DNA of 64,000 bases, from contig NZ_JBQHXR010000008.1 of assembly GCF_052063365.1 (NCBI RefSeq), forward strand, positions 1-64,000. Reading direction: 5' to 3'. A program made the position numbers and the translations under genes. The notes under the pieces are model-generated. The model had not been told where the DNA came from. It searched no databases and was given only the letters and a program-made list of their open reading frames with translations. Of this stretch, positions 57,233 through 64,000 are shown in pieces (position 1 is the stretch's first letter; each line of letters starts with the position of its first letter). The DNA is from Blautia sp. HCP3S3_G3 (GTDB lineage Bacteria > Bacillota > Clostridia > Lachnospirales > Lachnospiraceae).

Positions 57233-57745
57233 CTATGCATTCTGCGCTTTGTAATCATCAAGAATTTTCTTAACGGAAGATTTGGTCAGGTTACCGAAGG
57301 TCTCCTCGCCGTCTGCTGTCTTCACCATCATAACCGGTGCCAGAGAGCAGCAGCCAAGACAGGCAACGTTGTTCAGAGTAAATAATCCGTCCTCTGTTGT
57401 CTCTCCGTCTTTGATTCCAAGATGTTCACAAACTGCTTCTTCAATCATGTCGGAACCGTTTACGTGACAGGCTGTACCTTTGCAGAGCATGATAAGGTAT
57501 TTGCCGATCGGCTGTAAGCGGAACTGCGCATAGAACGTAGCAACACCATAGATCTTTGCAGGCATAATTCCGGTTCTCTCAGAGATGTAGTTGATCGCAT
57601 CCAGAGAAAGATAACCGTAAATGTCCTGTGTCTGCTGAAGAATGGTAATCAGGCTGCCAGGTACTTTTGCATATTTCTCAAGCACCGGAGCCAATTCAGC
57701 GAAATCCGCGTTTCCGCCGTTCTGACATTCGCAAGTATTGCTCAT
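57233..57745 (-). CDS. NuoE/HndA-like 2Fe-2S thioredoxin-like subunit
   Basis: Cys pattern C...C...CLGCC typical of NuoE. Confidence 0.75.
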   Translation of the reverse strand: MSNTCECQNGGNADFAELAPVLEKYAKVPGSLITILQQTQDIYGYLSLDAINYISERTGIMPAKIYGVATFYAQFRLQPIGKYLIMLCKGTACHVNGSDMIEEAVCEHLGIKDGETTEDGLFTLNNVACLGCCSLAPVMMVKTADGEETFGNLTKSSVKKILDDYKAQNA

Positions 57746-57844
57746 ATGATTGTCCCTCCTGTATAGATAATAATAAACATAAATATTCATTCTTGCTTAT
57801 TATAGCACAAAAGTGGAGACAATCAAATAAAAAAGTATATATTT

Positions 57845-58615
57845 TTACAAATTTCTGGCAGGAATTTCAGCAGTTTTATCTGAAAACGTTTTTTTCAGGT
57901 CTTTCATCTGGTGATAATCCTCAATCATTTCGTACAATTTCGTCAGAGCCTCGCGAATTCCTCCTACTTCATCAATGAGTCCTTCCCTCACTGCTTCGCT
58001 TCCTTCCAGCATGGTTCCGACATCTTTGACAAGCTGTGTCGTGTCCAGCATCAGCTCTTCCAGACGTTTCTGGCTTGTTTTGGAATGAGAAGAGATAAAG
58101 GCGGTAATACGGTCCTGTATTTTTTCCATATTCCGGTATGTCTGTGCCACGCCGATAAACATACCGCTGGAGCGTACCGGATGAATCACCATCGTGGCGC
58201 TGGGAACGACGAAGGAATAATCTGCAGAAACAGCCATGGGAACGCCGATGGAATGTCCGCCGCCAAGAACAAGGGAGACGGTTGGAATACTTAAGGAGGC
58301 AATCATTTCCGCAATAGCAAGGCCTGCCTCCACATCGCCGCCCACGGTATTCAGCAGGATCAGAAGGCCGTCAACAGATTCATCATCTTCTATCATCGCA
58401 AGTTTCGGAAGAACATGTTCATATTTTGTTGTTTTACTCTGGGATGGGGCGGATTCATGACCTTCTACTTCCCCTATGATCGTAAGAAGCTCAACCCGGT
58501 GTTTTCTGGGATTTCCGTCAAGAACCACCTGTCCCATTTCCCGGATCTGATCATTCTGCACGTTTTCCCGGTCCAGCTGCTGTTTTTTTTCTTCTTTTTC
58601 ATTGTCATTATACAT
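57845..58615 (-). CDS. ClpP-family protein (TepA-like)
   Basis: LLILLNTVGGDVEAGLAIAEMIA...GGHSIGVPMAVSADYSFVVPSATMVIHPV resembles the ClpP fold/TepA. Confidence 0.6.
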   Translation of the reverse strand: MYNDNEKEEKKQQLDRENVQNDQIREMGQVVLDGNPRKHRVELLTIIGEVEGHESAPSQSKTTKYEHVLPKLAMIEDDESVDGLLILLNTVGGDVEAGLAIAEMIASLSIPTVSLVLGGGHSIGVPMAVSADYSFVVPSATMVIHPVRSSGMFIGVAQTYRNMEKIQDRITAFISSHSKTSQKRLEELMLDTTQLVKDVGTMLEGSEAVREGLIDEVGGIREALTKLYEMIEDYHQMKDLKKTFSDKTAEIPARNL

Positions 58616-58674
58616 AAAAAAACACCTCCAAGATATCATATCCTGGAGGTAGTATTTACAAAATCAGACTCTGT

Positions 58675-59403
58675 TTATTCATCCCAGTTGTGCCACACAT
58701 CTGTGACATCATCATCTTCATCAAGAAGATCCAGTGTTTTCTGGATGTTTTTAATATCTTTTTCGTCGGTCAGTTCCACGTAAGTCTGCGGAACCATTGC
58801 GACCTGTGCTTCCAGCATCGGAACACCGGCTGCTTCCAGTGCTTCTCTTACGGCACTGAAGTCTTCCGGATCAGTAATAACCTCAAAACTGTCCTCTTCT
58901 TCGCTGAAATCTTCCGCACCGGCATCAAGAGCAACCATCATCAGCTCGTCTGCATCCATCTCACATTCTTCTTTGTCAATGATGATCTGACCTTTCTGAT
59001 CAAACATGAAAGAAACGCATCCCTGTGTACCAATGCTTCCATAACCTTTTGTAAAGGCATTTCTTACATTACTTGCAGTACGGTTTTTGTTGTCTGTCAG
59101 AGTCTCTACGATGATCGCAACACCGTTCGGGCCGTATCCTTCGTAAGTAGCTCTCTCATAAGAATCTGCAGAATCAGCACCAGCAGCCTTTTTGATGCCT
59201 CGTTCGATGGTATCGTTCGGCATATTGTTTGCTTTCGCTTTGGCAATAACATCACGAAGTTTGCTGTTATTGTTCGGATCCGGGCCGCCGGCTTTGACAG
59301 CCATTACGATTTCACGTCCAATGACAGTAAAAATCTTACCTTTTTTGGCATCGTTTTTCTCTTTCTTATGCTTTATGTTTGCGAATTTTGAATGTCCTGA
59401 CAT
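58675..59403 (-). CDS. yebC: YebC/PmpR family transcriptional regulator
   Basis: [26 protein letters not shown] is the canonical N-terminus. Confidence 0.85.
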   Translation of the reverse strand: MSGHSKFANIKHKKEKNDAKKGKIFTVIGREIVMAVKAGGPDPNNNSKLRDVIAKAKANNMPNDTIERGIKKAAGADSADSYERATYEGYGPNGVAIIVETLTDNKNRTASNVRNAFTKGYGSIGTQGCVSFMFDQKGQIIIDKEECEMDADELMMVALDAGAEDFSEEEDSFEVITDPEDFSAVREALEAAGVPMLEAQVAMVPQTYVELTDEKDIKNIQKTLDLLDEDDDVTDVWHNWDE

Positions 59404-60728
59404 TTTTCTTCTCCTTTTGGTTCTTTATCATTTATTTTTTCGGCCCGCACCCTGTCTATGGTTTTATTGCCAAGTGACAGGATCTTAAAGCGGTAACCGT
59501 TTGCAACAATTTCTCTGTCCAGATCTTTTTCTGTGGGAATATGTCCCAGAACAGAAGTCAGATATCCGTTCAGTGTTTCAAATTCCACATCGCCGAAATC
59601 CACCTCAAGCTCCTCTTCCACATCCTCCAGATACGCCAGCCCGTCTATGATCACGCTGTTGTCGATCTGGGTACGGATCGTAATCTCTTCATCATCGTAT
59701 TCGTCCATAATCTCGCCGACAATTTCTTCCACAATATCTTCCATGGAAACAATTCCTTCTGTCTGGCCATATTCATCAACTACGATTGCCATATGAATTT
59801 TTTTGCTCTGCATGGACTGGAGCAAATCTCCGATTCCTCTTGTCTCCGGAATAAATGCTGCCTGGCGGATCAGACCGGGAAGTTCTTTCAGTGGTTTGAA
59901 TTTTGCCCAGGAATTCTTGGTCATAAATTTCATGGCATCTTTATAATGGACAATGCCCAGGATATCATTCAGGTCTTCTCCATATACCGGATATCGGGAA
60001 ATGCCCTCTTCCATCATCTGTTCCACCATTTCTTTCAGAAGAATATCCTGACTGAAGGCGACCACATTTGTCCGGTGTGTCATAACCTCCCTGGCTTCCG
60101 TCTCATTAAAGTAAATGATGTTCTGGATCATTTCCGCTTCACTTTCTTCTATGACGCCCTGTTCGTGAGCTTCGTCCACAATGGAAATGATTTCTTCTTC
60201 CGTAACGGCGTCTTCTTTCTGATTCAGTTCCACACCAAAGGGAACAGCAGTAAGCTTTGCGATCCACGTAATAAACAGTGTCAGCGGATAGAGAATAGAA
60301 ACAATGGCGTTTACCATTCCTACATAACGAAATGCAAATTTTTCCGGACAGTATGTCCCTACTCTTCGGAATGTGAGAATTCCAAAAGATGCAAGCAAAA
60401 GCACGCACACAAACAATACCAGGGCAAAAACCGATGCATGATCTATGTAATGGCGGGAAAATCTTGTGATCCACGGAACCAGAAAAGCTCCGATGGATAT
60501 TCCGGATGCTGTCACGATCAATGGAATCGCATTTACATACTGAACAGGATGCTCCATCAGTTTTTTCAGTAAAATTGCTTTTTTATTTCCGTCCAGTGCC
60601 TGCTTCTGTATTTCACTCTCACTGAGATTCTTCACTGCTGCGGAAAAACCGTAAAATATTCCGTTCAGCCCCAGCAGCGTTAACAGTATCAATACGCCCC
60701 ATAAGGGCAAACTACTGCCATCTTCCAT
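59373..60728 (-). CDS. CNNM/TlyC-family transporter-associated protein (DUF21 TM domain + CBS pair + CorC_HlyC)
   Basis: N-terminal TM helices. CBS-pair motifs. C-terminal transporter-associated domain. Confidence 0.75.
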   Translation of the reverse strand: MEDGSSLPLWGVLILLTLLGLNGIFYGFSAAVKNLSESEIQKQALDGNKKAILLKKLMEHPVQYVNAIPLIVTASGISIGAFLVPWITRFSRHYIDHASVFALVLFVCVLLLASFGILTFRRVGTYCPEKFAFRYVGMVNAIVSILYPLTLFITWIAKLTAVPFGVELNQKEDAVTEEEIISIVDEAHEQGVIEESEAEMIQNIIYFNETEAREVMTHRTNVVAFSQDILLKEMVEQMMEEGISRYPVYGEDLNDILGIVHYKDAMKFMTKNSWAKFKPLKELPGLIRQAAFIPETRGIGDLLQSMQSKKIHMAIVVDEYGQTEGIVSMEDIVEEIVGEIMDEYDDEEITIRTQIDNSVIIDGLAYLEDVEEELEVDFGDVEFETLNGYLTSVLGHIPTEKDLDREIVANGYRFKILSLGNKTIDRVRAEKINDKEPKGEEKCQDIQNSQT

Positions 60729-60865
60729 ATGTTCTTAAATTCATCCTCCAATTGTCATTCAGTTCCGGAAATTACTCCGGCTGTATTTCCTGATTGCGGG
60801 ATTCCGCACTTTTTCTGCAGAAAATCTGCATAGTTACTGATAAAATATAGCACTTTCGCAGGCGT

Positions 60866-60937
60866 TCGTCAAGAACTGCCTGAAAAAACAAAACAAACTG
60901 CCTGAAAAACACCCCCCAAAATACTACCTGAAAACAA
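60866..60937. repeat. Three imperfect direct repeats CTGCCTGAAAAA(A)CA in the promoter region of the CNNM-family gene
   Basis: ctgcctgaaaaaacaaaacaaa / ctgcctgaaaaacacccc / ctacctgaaaacaaaaccc. Confidence 0.5.
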
Positions 60938-61000
60938 AACCCAAAACAAAAGCAGAAACTTCACGGAAAGGAAAAACACTATAATCCAGAACAACACAGG

Positions 61001-61348
61001 CTAAAAAGATAATTCCAGACTGATCTCCAGTGCATGATTCACTTTGTCCAGAATGCTCTGATCCAGGTGGCAGACCTTGTCTTTCAGTCGCCGTTTGTCA
61101 ATGGTACGAAGCTGTTCCAGCAGGATTACGGAGTCTTTTTCGATTCCATAGGCGGAAGCATCGATTTCGATATGTGTCGGCAGTTTTGCCTTGTTCATTT
61201 TTGATGTAATTGCTGCACAGATCACTGTCGGACTGTGCTTATTGCCCACATCATTCTGTATGATCAGAACCGGACGGATACCGCCCTGTTCACTTCCTAC
61301 TACCGGTCTTAAATCTGCATAAAAAATATCGCCTCTTCTAATTACCAC
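61001..61348 (-). CDS. mazF: MazF/EndoA-type endoribonuclease toxin
   Basis: [60 protein letters not shown] is near-identical to the EndoA pattern. GTG start with GGAG RBS. Confidence 0.8.
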   Translation of the reverse strand: MVIRRGDIFYADLRPVVGSEQGGIRPVLIIQNDVGNKHSPTVICAAITSKMNKAKLPTHIEIDASAYGIEKDSVILLEQLRTIDKRRLKDKVCHLDQSILDKVNHALEISLELSF

Positions 61349-61451
61349 ACAATTCACACTCCGATTCTCATTCCGGCTGCTGCCGTATTCTAGAATTAGT
61401 ATTTCCAGGTTTTTCTTCGGTATACATGTGTCATGTGCAGTGTATCAGGAT

Positions 61452-62618
61452 TTAATCAAAAAAAGTCAGTTCTCCGCATTCCTTCCCGTCTTTTACATAG
61501 ACTCTCGGTACGCGCTTGCTGATCTCACAGGCAAATTCATAGGAAAAACGTCCGGAAAGATCTCCGAATTCTTCCATCGCAATGATTTCCTCTCCATCCC
61601 GTCCGATCAGTGTTACCTCATCTCCGGCTTTTGCCTCCGGAATATCAGTCACATCCACCATAAACTGGTCCATACAGACTCTTCCGAGAATTCCGGCACG
61701 TTTTCCATGGATCAGAACCCATCCTTTATTGGAAAGCTGTCTCGGATAACCATCCGCATATCCGGCAGGAATTGTGGCAATTCTTGTCGTTTTTTCTGTT
61801 ACATAAGTTCCGCCGTAACTGACAGCACTTCCTGCAGCTACCTCTTTGATATAGGTAATATGGCTTTTCAGTTCCATTGCAGGTTCCAGACAGATAATAT
61901 CCCGTTCCACCTCACCGGAAGGATAAATTCCGTAAATCGTGATGCCCGCACGTACAACGTTCAGATTGGCTTCCGGTACACGGATAATTCCGGCACTGTT
62001 GGAGCAATGGCGGATCGGAATTTTTACCCCGTTCTTTTCAAGCATATCTGCGAATTTCAGATAACGTTCCAGCTGAACCATTGCAGGAGTTCTGTCATAT
62101 TCATCTGCTCTTGCAAAATGGGTGAACATTCCCTCAATCTGCAGATTTGGAAGACTGGAAATTTGTTTGATCACATCGATGCTTTCCGGTCTGTCTGCAA
62201 AACCGATTCTGGTCATTCCGGTATCCAGCGCCAGATGTATATGTATGATTTTTCCCTGACGGACAGCTTCAGCGGATAAGCCTTCTGCCATTTCCAGAGT
62301 GCAGACGGCCGGGCGGATCTCTTCTTTTACCAGATCTTCAAAGCATTCTTCAAAAACAATTCCGAGAATCAGGATCGGCTTGCGGATTCCGGCATGACGA
62401 AGCTGCAAAGCCTCCTCACAGGTAGCTGTGGCAAATCCCCAGATATAATCATAGTTTTCTACCAGATGAGCGATTGCCACTGCTCCGTGTCCATAACCGT
62501 CTGCCTTGATCACGGCAATCATCTGTGTTCCTTTGGCAAGGTTGTTTTTCATTTCCTGAAAATTATGTGCAATGGCATCCAGAGAAACCACTGCTTTCAG
62601 TCTGCTGTATTTTTTCAT
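61452..62618 (-). CDS. alr: Alanine racemase
   Basis: PLP site VIKADGYGHG. Length ~390 aa. Confidence 0.85.
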   Translation of the reverse strand: MKKYSRLKAVVSLDAIAHNFQEMKNNLAKGTQMIAVIKADGYGHGAVAIAHLVENYDYIWGFATATCEEALQLRHAGIRKPILILGIVFEECFEDLVKEEIRPAVCTLEMAEGLSAEAVRQGKIIHIHLALDTGMTRIGFADRPESIDVIKQISSLPNLQIEGMFTHFARADEYDRTPAMVQLERYLKFADMLEKNGVKIPIRHCSNSAGIIRVPEANLNVVRAGITIYGIYPSGEVERDIICLEPAMELKSHITYIKEVAAGSAVSYGGTYVTEKTTRIATIPAGYADGYPRQLSNKGWVLIHGKRAGILGRVCMDQFMVDVTDIPEAKAGDEVTLIGRDGEEIIAMEEFGDLSGRFSYEFACEISKRVPRVYVKDGKECGELTFFD

Positions 62619-62711
62619 AATCATCCTCCAACGTATCACTGAAATCGTTTCTGTTTTCATATATCACGCAGATACCATTCCTTCTGTATGAATACACCTT
62701 ATTTTACTCTT

Positions 62712-64000
62712 TTATCTGATTTTTGCAAGAACGGATGGCAGCATACGGATCAAATCCCGTGCTTTCATCCCGCGTGTTCCGGTTTCTTCAGCTGCCTGAT
62801 CGCCGCTTTTTGCATGGAGATAAACTCCAAGCGCAGCGCACAGTCCCGGATCCGGTGCGTTTTCCTTTTTCTGCAGATACATGCATGCGACCGCTGCAAG
62901 GATACCGGAAAGTACATCCCCGCTTCCTGCAGTTGCCATTCCGGGATTTCCTGCAAGATTCAGATACAGGTGACCATTTTTGTCTGCAACAACTGTACAG
63001 GCATCTTTCAGAACGCATACGGCATCTGTCCCGGTTGCATATTCTTCTGCTGTTTCCGCCATGCGGCACTGAATCTGGTCAATGCTTTTTCCGGTCAGCC
63101 GGCTCATTTCCCCAAGGTGAGGGGTCACTGTCACACGTTCCGAAAGCCAGGCATTCCATGCCGGATGCATTGCCAGAAGATTCAGACCGTCCGCATCCAG
63201 AATCACCGGTTTTTGCGCAAGAGAAGCGTTTTTCAGAAACCACTCCGCACGTTCCCGGCTTTTTCCGGAAATACCAAGTCCCGGTCCGATTACAAGAACA
63301 TCACACCAGTCAAGAGATTTCCGGTTGGCTTCTTCGGTAAATGCACAGGTGACCATAGCTTCCGGCAGCAGGATCTGAAGAGGAACCCGATTGGCCTCCT
63401 CTGTCTGGATCTTCACCATGCCGGCTCCTCCCGCCAGTGCTGCCGATGCGCACAGATAAGCTGCGCCGCACATGCCTTCCGTCCCGGCCACCACCAGAAC
63501 CTTTCCAAAGGTTCCTTTATTGCCATATACGACCCGTTCCGGCAAAAGCCCAAGATCCGACTGTTCCAGATGCCAGGTACGGTCCTGCGGCTGATCTGCC
63601 CCGTAGATGCCGATATCTGCCACAACGATACGGCCTGCATACATTCGTCCCGGATAAAAACAGAGTCCTCGTTTGCGGAACGCAAAAGTCACTGTGAGAT
63701 CTGCATGAAATGCAATGCCGAGTTCCTTTCCTGTATCTCCATCCACGCCTGAAGGAATATCCACTGCTACTTTCCATGCATCTGTTTCATTCATCCGCAT
63801 AATCAGTTCTCTGTAAGCACCCTCTACAGGTCTTGCAAGTCCTACTCCGAAAAGGGCATCTACTATAGTAGTATATTCAGCCCATTCCACATTATGCACG
63901 ACAGGCACCCCATAGTTGGATGCAATGCGGTACTGATTCCTGGTTTCCTCTGTCATACGATTCTCAGATCCTGCCACAAAAAACGAGGTGTCGACTCCCT
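62712..64000 (-). CDS. nnr: Bifunctional NAD(P)H-hydrate repair enzyme Nnr (YjeF-N epimerase + carbohydrate-kinase-like dehydratase). The 5-prime end lies beyond the window.
   Basis: C-terminal dehydratase motifs (GPGLG, ...GSGDVLSG). N-terminal YjeF_N-like VDALFGVGL. The ORF is open to the window end. Confidence 0.7.
   Translation of the reverse strand, partial: GVDTSFFVAGSENRMTEETRNQYRIASNYGVPVVHNVEWAEYTTIVDALFGVGLARPVEGAYRELIMRMNETDAWKVAVDIPSGVDGDTGKELGIAFHADLTVTFAFRKRGLCFYPGRMYAGRIVVADIGIYGADQPQDRTWHLEQSDLGLLPERVVYGNKGTFGKVLVVAGTEGMCGAAYLCASAALAGGAGMVKIQTEEANRVPLQILLPEAMVTCAFTEEANRKSLDWCDVLVIGPGLGISGKSRERAEWFLKNASLAQKPVILDADGLNLLAMHPAWNAWLSERVTVTPHLGEMSRLTGKSIDQIQCRMAETAEEYATGTDAVCVLKDACTVVADKNGHLYLNLAGNPGMATAGSGDVLSGILAAVACMYLQKKENAPDPGLCAALGVYLHAKSGDQAAEETGTRGMKARDLIRMLPSVLAKIR

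Noticed and set aside
61358-61451. Possible MazE/EndoAI antitoxin gene between alr and mazF
   Set aside because: The gap is only ~95 bp. The longest minus-strand ORF there is 11 codons. No antitoxin-sized ORF fits.
62688-63752. 354-aa and 205-aa plus-strand ORFs antisense to nnr
   Set aside because: Shadow ORFs in a GC-rich gene. The minus-strand Nnr reading frame has the conserved motifs.

Overview
The window looks like a Firmicutes/Clostridia-type chromosome segment, judged from the sporulation genes yqfC/yqfD, the alr-mazF(ndoA) arrangement, a TepA-like ClpP paralog, and a Hyl/Fdh-type NAD-dependent complex.

The first ~11 kb is AT-rich accessory DNA. It holds a frameshifted IS4-family transposase remnant at the window edge and two convergent three-gene operons of unknown function. 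One operon encodes an XRE-HTH/AbrB-like protein, a cytoplasmic LRR protein and a 105-aa protein. The other encodes a 98-aa protein, a 761-aa soluble HerA/VirB4-clade P-loop ATPase with a novel N-terminal half, and a 203-aa protein carrying a near-canonical RNA polymerase alpha-subunit C-terminal domain. These are followed by two orphan CRISPR arrays that share a 29-bp type I-B-like repeat and near-identical ~390-bp leaders, and are transcribed on the minus strand. Array 1 is truncated mid-repeat against an IS21-like end with an istA N-terminal fragment. A GNAT acetyltransferase gene and an Rpn-family nuclease gene fragment also lie here. The island boundary at ~10.9 kb truncates a zinc-ribbon gene. 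No cas genes occur anywhere in the 64 kb.

Downstream are cell-surface BspA-type LRR proteins, a ydjGHI-like SPFH/TPM/zinc-ribbon membrane-stress module without pspA, a LuxR-type two-component system, and a satellite microcompartment-shell locus (EutP plus two PduU/EutS paralogs) next to glpQ and an FMN-dependent dehydrogenase with an odd Cys-rich N-terminus. The rest is housekeeping: MATE, suhB-like IMPase, miaB, proB, ybeY, phoH, fumarate hydratase alpha/beta, yqfCD, dus, rlmH, ftsK, uppP, a NuoE/NuoF/NuoG-GltD-molybdopterin oxidoreductase operon, tepA, yebC, a CBS hemolysin-family protein, mazF with no antitoxin, alr and nnr (partial).

No rRNA or tRNA genes were recognised. The most interesting candidate for an undescribed system is the HerA-like ATPase / alphaCTD-like / 98-aa operon, and its convergent partner operon, embedded in the CRISPR/IS island.
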